Source of the DNA: an uncultured Bacteroidales bacterium
GTDB lineage: Bacteria > Bacillota_I > Bacilli_A > ML615J-28 > CAG-698
Direction: 5' to 3'
NCBI GenBank assembly: GCA_964516425.1
Contig: CAZFAM010000004.1
Location: 8,364-72,363, forward strand
Length of the DNA: 64,000 nucleotides
The notes under the pieces are model-generated. The model was not told the origin of the DNA and did not search any database. It saw only the letters and a list, made by a program, of their open reading frames with translations. Made by a program: the position numbers and the translations under genes. Shown here in pieces: positions 30,413 to 40,847 of the stretch. Each line of letters begins with the position of its first letter. Position 1 is the stretch's first letter.

Positions 30413-31304
30413 TTTTCTTACTCTTTTCAATTATATTAGGTAATAAAACAATAAAAGCACCAATAGCCATACACACTACACCAATGACATAACTTAAAGG
30501 GGAAGTATTAACTATAACATCATTATATTGTTTTATAACAGCATAAATTATTGCAAACGGAGATGCAACTAGAAGACCAAGAATAATTGCATATATTGTT
30601 CGAGGATGTTTTTCAAATAAATATTTTAAGACCTTTGAAATAAATACAATTCCAATCACTGCACCAATTCCAAATGACAAAACAATAAAAAATGGATTTA
30701 CAAAATTTTCAAAATTGAATGTTAATACAGATTCAATTAATATACCTATATTATCCATTAAAAATAAATAATATCCAAAAGCCATTAATACGAGTGAACC
30801 ACTAACGCCTGGCAATACCATTGCAGCAGCACAAACAGCACCTAATACAAACATTAATATTATAATCCCCATATTCACATTAGTAACCTGCGTATTATTA
30901 GAATTTAATAATGGCAAAATGACAATAACAGCCATTGCCAGTATAAAGAATATAATATCTAATACTTGCACTTTTTGATATGAAGCATAGCTTTGAAATA
31001 AATTAGGTATTGAACCAATTATTAGCCCCACAAAAAATAAAGATGTAGGAATAGGGAAAGTACTTAATAACTTGGTAATTGTTAAAATAGCTATTATTAT
31101 ACCTACTGCTAAGCCAATAACTACGGCCCATAAATCTTTTAAAGTTTTAATGGGTGACTTAAAGAAATTACTAAATCCATTAATAACTCTTTCATATATG
31201 TTTAGGATAACAGCCATCGTTCCACCACTAAATCCTGGAATAACATTAGCTACCCCTATACATACCCCTTTTAAAAAATCAATTATAATCTTCATTTTTT
31301 TCAC
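30402..31304 (-). CDS. DUF368 family membrane protein
   Basis: GVANVIPGFSGGTMA and AMVLPGVSGS motifs. Confidence 0.88.
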   Translation of the reverse strand: MKKMKIIIDFLKGVCIGVANVIPGFSGGTMAVILNIYERVINGFSNFFKSPIKTLKDLWAVVIGLAVGIIIAILTITKLLSTFPIPTSLFFVGLIIGSIPNLFQSYASYQKVQVLDIIFFILAMAVIVILPLLNSNNTQVTNVNMGIIILMFVLGAVCAAAMVLPGVSGSLVLMAFGYYLFLMDNIGILIESVLTFNFENFVNPFFIVLSFGIGAVIGIVFISKVLKYLFEKHPRTIYAIILGLLVASPFAIIYAVIKQYNDVIVNTSPLSYVIGVVCMAIGAFIVLLPNIIEKSKKNEN

Positions 31305-31327
31305 TCTTTTTCATTATATCATAATGT

Positions 31328-31810
31328 TTATTCATCTTCAATATTTTTCAATTTTTTTTCCATTCCAATTTTTTGGATTTCCATTCCTAATGATTTATAA
31401 AATTGTAACGCTTCATTATTGCCATTCCAAACGTTTAAAGTCACATTATAACATCCAATATTAGATGCATAATCTAAAACATATTGATATAATTTTGTTC
31501 CTATACCTTTTCCACGTGATAACCTATCAACACATAAATCGTCAATATATAAGTTTTTATATGGCATTAAAGAATTAGAATTTATATAATCAGTTATAAT
31601 GCAAAAAGCATATCCTTCAATAATATCTTTTTCCACAAATACAAATATTGGTTTATCGTTCGAACTAATAATATTTAGTAATTCTTTCTTATTATATTTT
31701 TTACAATCTTTTTTAAATAAATCAGGACGTATATTCACATGTACATCATGCACTTGATATAATAGTTGTTCTAATCTTGGTATATCTTCTACTTTTGCTA
31801 ATCGTATCAT
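31328..31810 (-). CDS. GNAT family N-acetyltransferase
   Basis: YIDDLCV...RGKGIG, LNVW..N..A..FY. Confidence 0.9.
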   Translation of the reverse strand: MIRLAKVEDIPRLEQLLYQVHDVHVNIRPDLFKKDCKKYNKKELLNIISSNDKPIFVFVEKDIIEGYAFCIITDYINSNSLMPYKNLYIDDLCVDRLSRGKGIGTKLYQYVLDYASNIGCYNVTLNVWNGNNEALQFYKSLGMEIQKIGMEKKLKNIEDE

Positions 31811-31819
31811 AAGTTGCTC

Positions 31820-31948
31820 CTATTTATATAATTTTTTATAACAATTTTCACATAATTGGCCAGCGCCTTGTACATAGTACTTGCGTTTGCCAATATGCAC
31901 ATTTTTATTCACATTGACATTTTTATGACAAATTACACATTTTTCCAT
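31820..31948 (-). CDS. Small 42-aa CxxC...CxxC zinc-binding protein MEKCVICHKNVNVNKNVHIGKRKYYVQGAGQLCENCYKKLYK
   Basis: AAGGTG RBS before ATG 31948; TAG stop overlaps the GNAT RBS; two CxxC pairs. Confidence 0.8.
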   Translation of the reverse strand: MEKCVICHKNVNVNKNVHIGKRKYYVQGAGQLCENCYKKLYK

Positions 31949-32151
31949 CTTTTTCACCTTATATATTATATGATGCATTTAGCAAAATAGAATAACATAT
32001 ATACCATTTTTTATAATATATAAGCGATGCAGTGATTAATAATAGTTTATCATATATCGCTTTTATTTTAAAGATATTAATTTAAACAATTATATAAAAA
32101 AGCCAATATCATATGACATTGACTTTTATTATTTTACATCGTAAATCAATT

Positions 32152-34014
32152 TTATTTAAGATCTGGTTTATATGTGGAAACAATATCCTTAATTAATAAT
32201 TTCATTTCATTTGTTTCTTCATATGCCGCTTTATATAACTTATCTAATTTATCAAAGAAATTTTGTTCTTCAAACTTTATGGGTTGACCAATATGAATTA
32301 ATTTATTTGGTGTTGAAGATAAGCCTTCTTCATCCATTAATATTTCTTCATATAGTTTTTCACCTGGTCTTAATCCAATAATTTCAATTTTGATATCTTC
32401 ATTAGGAACTAGCCCTGACAAACGAATCAAATTCAATGCTAAATCATATATTCGTACTGGTTCTCCCATATCTAATACAAATATTTCTCCACCTTTAGCA
32501 TAACTTCCGGCTTGCAAAACTAAACTAACAGCCTCTGGAATTGTCATAAAGTATCTTATAATTCTTTCATCAGTGACTGTTACAGGGCCTCCATTAGCAA
32601 TCTGTTTTTTAAACAAAGGAATAACAGAGCCATTACTACCAAGCACATTTCCAAATCTTACAGCAACAAATTCTGTTTTGGAATGTTTATTAATTGTTTG
32701 AACAATCATTTCACAAATTCTCTTTGTTGCCCCCATAACATTTGTGGGATTAACAGCCTTATCAGTAGATATAAGGATAAATCTTTTAACACCATATTTA
32801 TCACTAGCTTGAGCTACATTTAATGTTCCGAATACATTATTTTTTACAGCTTCATTAGGACTAGTTTCCATTAAAGGCACATGTTTATGAGCTGCAGCAT
32901 GAATTACAATATTAGGATGATACCTTTCAAATATTGTTTCGATTTTATTTTTATCCCTAACACTTGCTATTAAAACAACTAAATCTAAAGTGGGATGATT
33001 TCGTTTTAATTCTTGTTCAATATCATATGCATTATTTTCATATATATCTACAATAATCAATCTTTGTGGTTGACTTAATGCAATTTGACGACATAACTCA
33101 GACCCTATTGAGCCACCCCCACCAGTAACCATAACAACTTGATTTTTTAAATAACCATTGATTTCTTCAAGATTGACAAGTATTTGTTCTCTTCCTAGTA
33201 AATCTTTAATATCAACATCACGTACAGCACTAAGAGTTGGCGTTTTATTTAATAAATTATATAGATTAGGCATTATCTGAACTATGCATTTTGTTTCTTT
33301 ACAAATCTTTACAATACTAGATAATTCTTTAGCATCTGATGAAGGAATAGTAATGATAATACGTTGTATTTTATATTTATCTACATTTTCAATAATTTGT
33401 GTTCGATCTCCAACAACTTTAACATTTTCTACGCGTCTACCAATTTTATCTTTATCATCATCTATGAAGCAAACAGGATAATAATTATATAAAGAAGTAT
33501 TACGCATTTCTCTTATTAAAGTAACACCTGCACTACCAGCACCTACTAACATTACTTTTTCACGTACATCTTTATGCAAAAGATGAAAGATTTCTAAAGA
33601 TATAACTTTATATATGCGATAACAAAATCTAGAAATAAACGTTCCCACCAATTGGCATAATCCTGTTAAAATAACTAATCTAATAGGTACATAACTAACA
33701 TGATTCTCCCGTGTACATAATGCAACAATTATATTTATTAATGTTATTATTACAGTAGCAATAATTATTTTTGCTAATTCCATAATACTAGAATAACGCC
33801 ATATTGTATTATACAATCGAAATTCAAAAAACACGACAAGCGTTAAGCCTAATGTAATAATACTATATATTACTATATTATCGACATTACTTGTTTTATC
33901 CACAACTTCTTTAAAAAATATATATGATAAAAAGCACGATAGTCCCGCAATCACTAAATCCAATAAAACTATCAATAACTTTTTAAAAGGCAAATGTTTA
34001 ATAAAGTTTTTCAT
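32152..34014 (-). CDS. CapD/PglF/WbpM-type nucleoside-diphosphate sugar 4,6-dehydratase
   Basis: N-terminal TMs, VGAGSAG CoA-binding-like domain, TGGGGSIGSEL, HAAAHKHVP, STDKAVNPTNVMGATKR. Confidence 0.92.
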   Translation of the reverse strand: MKNFIKHLPFKKLLIVLLDLVIAGLSCFLSYIFFKEVVDKTSNVDNIVIYSIITLGLTLVVFFEFRLYNTIWRYSSIMELAKIIIATVIITLINIIVALCTRENHVSYVPIRLVILTGLCQLVGTFISRFCYRIYKVISLEIFHLLHKDVREKVMLVGAGSAGVTLIREMRNTSLYNYYPVCFIDDDKDKIGRRVENVKVVGDRTQIIENVDKYKIQRIIITIPSSDAKELSSIVKICKETKCIVQIMPNLYNLLNKTPTLSAVRDVDIKDLLGREQILVNLEEINGYLKNQVVMVTGGGGSIGSELCRQIALSQPQRLIIVDIYENNAYDIEQELKRNHPTLDLVVLIASVRDKNKIETIFERYHPNIVIHAAAHKHVPLMETSPNEAVKNNVFGTLNVAQASDKYGVKRFILISTDKAVNPTNVMGATKRICEMIVQTINKHSKTEFVAVRFGNVLGSNGSVIPLFKKQIANGGPVTVTDERIIRYFMTIPEAVSLVLQAGSYAKGGEIFVLDMGEPVRIYDLALNLIRLSGLVPNEDIKIEIIGLRPGEKLYEEILMDEEGLSSTPNKLIHIGQPIKFEEQNFFDKLDKLYKAAYEETNEMKLLIKDIVSTYKPDLK

Positions 34015-34088
34015 AGCTCCCTCGCTTCTTTAAAAATTGTATCATATTTAAATCAAATTAGCAAGTACACAATTTGTCTCTATCTAAT

Positions 34089-34895
34089 CTACTTATTTTG
34101 AATTTTCAAATTCCCTGAATTAGTTTTAACATTAAATGTCACTTTTTCACCATTAAACACATATCTATTATTTATTTGCGTATATTCTTTTTTCGTTACT
34201 AATTGTCCGCTTAGAGTATCAAATTGAATAGCAAATTGGTAATCAGTATTAACATACAATGAAATATCTCCGTTATCAGTTATAACATCAATTGTTTTAA
34301 TTGTATCATTAACGCTTAATCCAATACTAGCTTGCTTTGTTTTAATTAGAACATCTTCAAATTCATTATTAAATAATAGAATATCCTTACTTTCGGTAAT
34401 AATATTCAATTTTTTAACATTTGTTTTTGACAAAGATACATCTGCATTTACACCATTAATATTTAAAATTTCCAAATTAATATTATCACATTTTACTTCA
34501 GCGTTATGAATATTCATTTCAATTTCTTGTACATAACTTGGAACAAACAAATAAAGATTTTTCATTTTAAAATCATACTGTAAATTAGAAAAACTTTTTG
34601 TGAATTTCACATCTAAAGTATCATTTTGTAATAAATACCTAAATTTATAATCATCATTTAAAACTGTATCTTTTTCTTCTCTTACAATTAATTCATTATT
34701 ATCAGATTTTGTTACAATTATATTACCTACTAACCAGTCAATAGTTACTTTTGTTATACCTTCATTATTAAATGAAATATTTCCAAAAGAATAGTTAGAA
34801 TCATCATATTGATATTCTTGGTTGACTTCATTATTACTGCAAGCTACTAAAAAAACAATCATTAAGAATAATACTAAAATATTTCTCTTTTTCAT
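34089..34895 (-). CDS. DUF4097 beta-strand-repeat lipoprotein
   Basis: Lipobox FLVAC; repeated T..GDI / T.SG.L beta units. Confidence 0.7.
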   Translation of the reverse strand: MKKRNILVLFLMIVFLVACSNNEVNQEYQYDDSNYSFGNISFNNEGITKVTIDWLVGNIIVTKSDNNELIVREEKDTVLNDDYKFRYLLQNDTLDVKFTKSFSNLQYDFKMKNLYLFVPSYVQEIEMNIHNAEVKCDNINLEILNINGVNADVSLSKTNVKKLNIITESKDILLFNNEFEDVLIKTKQASIGLSVNDTIKTIDVITDNGDISLYVNTDYQFAIQFDTLSGQLVTKKEYTQINNRYVFNGEKVTFNVKTNSGNLKIQNK

Positions 34896-34903
34896 TATCT
34901 AAC

Positions 34904-35761
34904 CTATTTAATATATCCACTAAACATTTTATTAATATGATCTAATTTCTTGTTCTTTTGCTTAACAGTAATAACAGGTAATGTAGTTAAAGATTTAGTA
35001 ATATAAACAGAACTTCCGCTTGGTAATAAAAATTGTCCTTTACCATCAATAATTAAAGAATAATCACTACGATTTTTACATTGGATATTTATTTCCATAG
35101 TACTTGAATCAGAAACCACTAATGAAGGCATAATTCCTGATTGCGGACAAATTGGGGTAGCAATAAAACATTGTGCATTACCAATAACTAATGGTCCTCT
35201 AGCCGATAAATTATAAGCACTTGATCCTAATGTTGTGGAAACTAAAAGTCCATCAGCATAAAATGGATTCATATATCCATCATCAACACGAATTTTTAAT
35301 TTTATCATTTTTTGTGAAACTCCACGATGAATCACAACCTCATTAAAAACATTAATTCTTCTAGTATGATTATTATTAAAAAACTTCACTTGAATTAGAC
35401 GTTTATGAACTATTTCATATTCACCTTGAATTATTTTTTCTAAAACTCCAAAACAATCATCAGAATCGCATTCTGATAAATAACCAACTCTTCCACAATT
35501 AATTCCAAGACATGGAATTTGATAGCGATAATACTTGTGTGCAGCAGTTAGAAATGTTCCATCTCCACCTAAAACTATCATAATGTCTATTTCATCCACA
35601 ATGTTTTCATTAAAAACTTCATATCCGTCCCACATACTATCAAAAGCCATATTTTCACTAACAACAACTTCATGATTATTACTCACTAAGTAATCAATAA
35701 TCTCTTTTGTTTTTTTGAAATCTTTATCTTTTCCTATATTTGAACATATAAGTATTTTCAT
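34904..35761 (-). CDS. nadK: NAD(+) kinase
   Basis: LGGDGTFL, GINCGRVGYL, NEVV, DGLLVSTTLGSSAYNLSA.GP. Confidence 0.93.
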   Translation of the reverse strand: MKILICSNIGKDKDFKKTKEIIDYLVSNNHEVVVSENMAFDSMWDGYEVFNENIVDEIDIMIVLGGDGTFLTAAHKYYRYQIPCLGINCGRVGYLSECDSDDCFGVLEKIIQGEYEIVHKRLIQVKFFNNNHTRRINVFNEVVIHRGVSQKMIKLKIRVDDGYMNPFYADGLLVSTTLGSSAYNLSARGPLVIGNAQCFIATPICPQSGIMPSLVVSDSSTMEINIQCKNRSDYSLIIDGKGQFLLPSGSSVYITKSLTTLPVITVKQKNKKLDHINKMFSGYIK

Positions 35762-35770
35762 AATCTACCT

Positions 35771-36061
35771 CTAACATTCATAATCGACGGATACGCTTGT
35801 TAAACGTGCATTATGCATAAATTTTTTAACCACGTTTACATGATATGGGTCTTTTTGATATTTTTCCATATCTTCAAAAGAAGCAAATGTCATTTCTAGA
35901 ACAATGTCATAACTTCTTTCACTTTTCAAACAATCGATGCCAACTTCTATTGTTTGAAAATAAGGAACCTTATCAACCATTGACATTAAAGTTTTCTTTG
36001 TTAAAACACAATTATCTAAACTATTATCTTTTAATTTATAACAAACAATATGTTTAATCAT
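35771..36061 (-). CDS. Dabb family stress-responsive A/B barrel protein
   Basis: MIKHIVCYKLK, Y..DPYH, VSVDY. Confidence 0.88.
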   Translation of the reverse strand: MIKHIVCYKLKDNSLDNCVLTKKTLMSMVDKVPYFQTIEVGIDCLKSERSYDIVLEMTFASFEDMEKYQKDPYHVNVVKKFMHNARLTSVSVDYEC

Positions 36062-36069
36062 TTTATCAC

Positions 36070-39000
36070 CTAACTTAATAAATATTTTAAATCCTTATCT
36101 GACAACTTTTCAATCTTATCATCAGCGGAAATTAATGTATCAGCTATATCCTTTTTTATAGCTTGCAATTCAATAACTTTTTGTTCAATTGAATCTTGAC
36201 ATATAATTTTAATTACTTGAACTATATTTTTTTGTCCAATTCTATGGGCACGATCGGTAGCTTGATTTTCTGCCGCAACATTCCACCATGGGTCTAAATG
36301 AATGACAATATCTGCACCTACTAAATTTAATCCAGTCCCTCCTGCTTTTAAAGAACATAAAAAGACTTTTAAATTATCATCTTCATTAAAAGAAGTTGCC
36401 ATTCGCATTCTTTCATTGGCAGGCGTTTGCCCTGTTAATACACAATAATTAATATTTAATTCTTGTAACATCTGTTCAATTTTAGGGAAAGCAGATGTAA
36501 ATTGACTGAATATCAAAAGTTTATGACCTTCACAAATAAATTGTTCCATTAATTCTTTTAGCATTTCATTTTTACAACTATTGCCTTTATATGAATCAAT
36601 ATATAAAGAAGGATCAACACATGCTTGTCTTAAACGAGTTAAGCAAGCTAAAATATCAATTTTACTTTGACTACTTTTAATAATTTCTCTTGTTCTTAAC
36701 AATTCTGATTCATATATCTTTCTTTGATCATCACCCATTCTCGCATAATAAATATTCTCAACTTTTTTAGGTAATGACTTTAAAACATTTTCTTTTGTTC
36801 TTCGTAAAACAAAAGGTGTTATTTTTTTAATTAAATTATTAATTGTTTCGGGATCTTTTTCCACAACATTACGTTCGTATTTTGATTTAAAATCTTTAAA
36901 TTTATATAAATAAGAAGGCATTAAGAAATCAAAAATACTCCATAAATCTAATACACTATTTTCAATTGGTGTTCCTGTCAATACAAAACGATTTACAGAA
37001 TTAATCTTTTTAACCGATTGTGCTTTTAAAGTGTTATGATTTTTAATATATTGTGCTTCATCTAAAATCATATATCTAAATAACAATTTTTGATAGTAAT
37101 CTAAATCGTTACGCAAAGAATCATAAGATGTAATGTATATAACTTTCTTTTTTGCTTCTATTGCTTCTATTATTGTTTTACGATTAATATTTAATCCATC
37201 AATTGCTTGTACTTGATCATCAGGACTCCATTTTTTAAACTCATTAACCCAGTTATATACTAAACTTTTTGGACAAACAATTAATGATGGTAGTGCTGTT
37301 TGATCACCTTTGATAACCGATATAATTTCTAGTGTTTTTCCTAAGCCCATATCATCAGCTATAATACCGGAAAATCCATATTTAATTAATGTTTGGATCC
37401 ATTTATATGCTTCTATTTGATAATCTCGCATTACATTTTGCAAGCTTTCATCAACTGCATATTCACTAGTTTTATAATTTTTAATATCATTAAGCATTTG
37501 TTTCAAATAAGAATCCGTTTCAATTTTGACTAACGAATCGGCATCACCTATAACTTTTAAACTTTGATATAAAGGTTTGGATTGTGTTTCTTGTAATTTG
37601 TTAGTATTTAAATCGAATTCTTCAATTGTGGATAAAAACTTTTCTCCATCATTTTTATCAATTTCTAATATTGTATTATCTTTAAGTTTAACATATTTAA
37701 CTTTTTTCTTTAAACCACTAATAATAGCTTTTAATTCATCTGGCGAATATTTTAAATCAGAAAATGCAATATCAAGCATTCCTGTTTTGTAACTTAATTT
37801 AGCAGTTGGTTTAGTAAATTTCTTAATTTGCATTTTAGTTAAGGCTTCTGAAAGAAATACATCTGCATATTTTTTTAATTCTGTTAAATCTGCTTTTAAA
37901 AAACTCGTAACCTCTTCAATTGTACTAAGTTTATTATCTTTAAAACCAATATTATTAATAATAGAATTATATTTAACAAGTTTTTTAGATAAATATGATA
38001 TTTCATTAGCATGATCTAATGTAGTTTCTTTAGTATCTAAATAATATTTAGAATTTAATGTAATCTCATCATTTTCATAATTAAAATACGATTGTATTTT
38101 TAATTCTTTTAAAGGATTATTTTTTTTATATTCTTCATCAGCTGTAATTACATCATAAAAACGAGAATATATTTCTTGTGCAAAGCGTTTTTTAATTAGT
38201 GAGAAATTAAATTTCTTTTCATTAAATAAAAATATTTGTAAAGCACGTAATTCTTGATTTCCTGATATTGTATATAAAAAGCCATTATATCCTAAATAAT
38301 TGTGTACGTAACCTTCTAAAATAAAGAAACTATTAACATCATCTTCAAATAATAAGAAGTCGCCTTTAATCTTCATTTTCAAATCATATTGCTCATCTGT
38401 AATAAATAATCGATATAAATTATCTTGATAAAAAATGTTAATATAATCATTTTGATATATTTGCATTATTTTATCCACAAAAGAATGAGTAGCACAACAT
38501 GACCTATTATCTTTAGTTAAACACATACGATAAGAAGAAATTAATAATTGTATTAAATCACGACTTTTTTGATCAAATGAATCAAAATTATGATTAAATG
38601 TAAAAGTTTTTGAGTAACTAAAATTTGTTTTGTTTTCAATATTTAATAGCAATTCATCTATTCTTTTAACAACATATTTCTTTTCTTTACCAATTTTAAA
38701 ATTAACGTAGATATCATCTTTTTCTATTCTAATATATGGTTCTAATTGCACATCTCTAATAGGGATTATATCTTCATGTTTTTGAATTTGCCTTAATACT
38801 CGATCTAGTTTCTCATTTACTATTTTTCTATTTTTGGCAAGTTCTTTTTCTTGATAGTGTTTCACATTTTTATCAATCAATTGTATTAAATCATCATCAT
38901 ATAATATATTAGGAATTTCATGATTATTAATTTTTTCAATCATATATATTAAATGAGGACATAAATATTTTTCTTGATAGCACATTTCACATTGAAAATC

Positions 39001-39240
39001 TATAACTTTATTAAAATTACTTTCTTTATAATCTCCTTCAACAATCAAAGTCATTATCGGCTCTTCAAAAATTGACTTAGGAATATAAAATGTGTATACA
39101 ATACGAATACTATTCATATCCACCGCTATTTCTTGTTTAGTGGAAACTATTTCTATAAATTTATCACTATCTAAATAATTACATATACGATTATTGTAAT
39201 AATCATTCATTTTATTTTCATAAACTATTACTGTTTTCAT
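36070..39240 (-). CDS. SNF2/SWI2 family ATPase with N-terminal degenerate SWIM finger; start probably ATG 39240
   Basis: ADDMGLGKT, LDEAQYIKN, LTGTPIEN, GTGLNL, QATDRAHRIGQ; CEMC..CPH finger. Confidence 0.9.
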   Translation of the reverse strand: MKTVIVYENKMNDYYNNRICNYLDSDKFIEIVSTKQEIAVDMNSIRIVYTFYIPKSIFEEPIMTLIVEGDYKESNFNKVIDFQCEMCYQEKYLCPHLIYMIEKINNHEIPNILYDDDLIQLIDKNVKHYQEKELAKNRKIVNEKLDRVLRQIQKHEDIIPIRDVQLEPYIRIEKDDIYVNFKIGKEKKYVVKRIDELLLNIENKTNFSYSKTFTFNHNFDSFDQKSRDLIQLLISSYRMCLTKDNRSCCATHSFVDKIMQIYQNDYINIFYQDNLYRLFITDEQYDLKMKIKGDFLLFEDDVNSFFILEGYVHNYLGYNGFLYTISGNQELRALQIFLFNEKKFNFSLIKKRFAQEIYSRFYDVITADEEYKKNNPLKELKIQSYFNYENDEITLNSKYYLDTKETTLDHANEISYLSKKLVKYNSIINNIGFKDNKLSTIEEVTSFLKADLTELKKYADVFLSEALTKMQIKKFTKPTAKLSYKTGMLDIAFSDLKYSPDELKAIISGLKKKVKYVKLKDNTILEIDKNDGEKFLSTIEEFDLNTNKLQETQSKPLYQSLKVIGDADSLVKIETDSYLKQMLNDIKNYKTSEYAVDESLQNVMRDYQIEAYKWIQTLIKYGFSGIIADDMGLGKTLEIISVIKGDQTALPSLIVCPKSLVYNWVNEFKKWSPDDQVQAIDGLNINRKTIIEAIEAKKKVIYITSYDSLRNDLDYYQKLLFRYMILDEAQYIKNHNTLKAQSVKKINSVNRFVLTGTPIENSVLDLWSIFDFLMPSYLYKFKDFKSKYERNVVEKDPETINNLIKKITPFVLRRTKENVLKSLPKKVENIYYARMGDDQRKIYESELLRTREIIKSSQSKIDILACLTRLRQACVDPSLYIDSYKGNSCKNEMLKELMEQFICEGHKLLIFSQFTSAFPKIEQMLQELNINYCVLTGQTPANERMRMATSFNEDDNLKVFLCSLKAGGTGLNLVGADIVIHLDPWWNVAAENQATDRAHRIGQKNIVQVIKIICQDSIEQKVIELQAIKKDIADTLISADDKIEKLSDKDLKYLLS

Positions 39241-39241
39241 A

Positions 39242-40639
39242 TTATTGCACCACCGGTAATATATTATTTTCATTTAAATAAGATTTAAAGAAACGTATTG
39301 CTTCATAATTGTAATAATAATAGTATTTTTCTATTTCGCGATACATAAAAAATAAAATATACTTTCCATTACGCAAATTATGTAATTTAATAGTTAATTC
39401 TTTTGTATATTTATGATCATATTTATAATGAGTTGACAATTGGCTTCTCAATTCATTTTGATAAATAAATAATAAATCATTATTATATTCTTCTTTTAAA
39501 ACATCATATAATGAATCGATAGAACGAAACTCATCACAGTTATTTAAAATAACTGAAACCTTATTTTCTTGTTTGAAAAAATCCCAAATTGCATCTTTAT
39601 CATAATAATTATTGAAGAAATATAAATATATTTGGTCAGTAAACATATCTTTTAATAAATAAAATTTTTGTAAATCTTTATTTGTAACAATTAATGATAT
39701 TAAATCGTATAATTTTGATTGATTATCAAGTTCTTTTCTAGATTTAATATAGTAATATAGTGTATCAAAAACCAAATTTTTTTGATTATCAACAATTGAT
39801 TTTAATTCATTAAAATTTTTAATATCGTATAAATATTTTGCGTACCTTCCCACTTTATATTTATTTCTTTTGATTTTATCATAATTAACAGTTTTTAAAT
39901 CAAGATTATAAACTCCAATTGCCTTGCTAGAGCTAACATCAGCATAATAACTTTCTATAACAAAAGCACAATTAGACAAAAAACTAAATAATCTTTCATT
40001 AACTTTTTCATAATCAATGTATTCAACAATATCCTTTAACAAAGTAAAATTATGTTCTTCTTTCAATTGATTTACTAGATTATAAAAAGCATCACTATTA
40101 CAATCAATTTTTTCAAAAGCACTTAAAACATATAACGAAGCATTAGTATCATTCCTATATGAAAAGGCATTTAAAGCTTTATATAATTGTATTATGTAAT
40201 CTAACTTTAGTGTTTCATCACTTTCTTTTAATATTTCTTTAATTAATTGCTTAAGTGCATTTTCAAATAGAGGCGTATTTTCTTCATTAATAATTAATAT
40301 TCCATTCATTGCTCTAATCAATTTTAAAAGCATTGGTGATTTTTCAGAGTATAATGTATTATAATTATTCAACAAATAATATAACACAGCTGCAGCATGT
40401 TTACATGGAAAGTCACATTCACAAGTACATGATGTTTCTAGCTTATTATTTTCTATTTTAATGTTCACACTATAATTACGATTGCCTTTAACAATAGCAA
40501 CCACATTATTATTTGATAATATAGTAACATTTTTAACAAATCCGCGTTCAAAATAATTTTGTCCTCTTTCCGCAATTGTATAACGAAAATGCTTTACTAT
40601 TTTTTCATTTGTTAATTCATTAAAACTTGATAATTGCAT
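39242..40639 (-). CDS. SWIM zinc-finger protein
   Basis: RGQNYF..G.V, Y.V.I, CTCECDFPCKHAAAVL. Confidence 0.85.
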   Translation of the reverse strand: MQLSSFNELTNEKIVKHFRYTIAERGQNYFERGFVKNVTILSNNNVVAIVKGNRNYSVNIKIENNKLETSCTCECDFPCKHAAAVLYYLLNNYNTLYSEKSPMLLKLIRAMNGILIINEENTPLFENALKQLIKEILKESDETLKLDYIIQLYKALNAFSYRNDTNASLYVLSAFEKIDCNSDAFYNLVNQLKEEHNFTLLKDIVEYIDYEKVNERLFSFLSNCAFVIESYYADVSSSKAIGVYNLDLKTVNYDKIKRNKYKVGRYAKYLYDIKNFNELKSIVDNQKNLVFDTLYYYIKSRKELDNQSKLYDLISLIVTNKDLQKFYLLKDMFTDQIYLYFFNNYYDKDAIWDFFKQENKVSVILNNCDEFRSIDSLYDVLKEEYNNDLLFIYQNELRSQLSTHYKYDHKYTKELTIKLHNLRNGKYILFFMYREIEKYYYYYNYEAIRFFKSYLNENNILPVVQ

Positions 40640-40793
40640 AAAAATACCCCTTTAATAATTTATTTTATCATTTTTCTTACATAATTACAACAATTATTAA
40701 TAAGTTAAAAAGAATATTTTATTTATGTAAAAAAACGAAAATATTTGTCAAAAAACAATGAAAAAACTTTTTTATTTTCATAAAACAATTTCT

Positions 40794-40822
40794 TTGACAC
40801 TCATTATATCTTTTGATATAAT
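40794..40822 (+). promoter_or_regulatory. Consensus SigA promoter of nrdD with a possible single NrdR-like box in the spacer
   Basis: TTGACA (40794-40799), N17, TG-A-TATAAT (40817-40822); CATTATATCTTTTG at 40802-40815 only partly matches the NrdR consensus (box itself low confidence). Confidence 0.75.
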
Positions 40823-40847
40823 ATACAAATATAAAGGAGGCTAAAGA

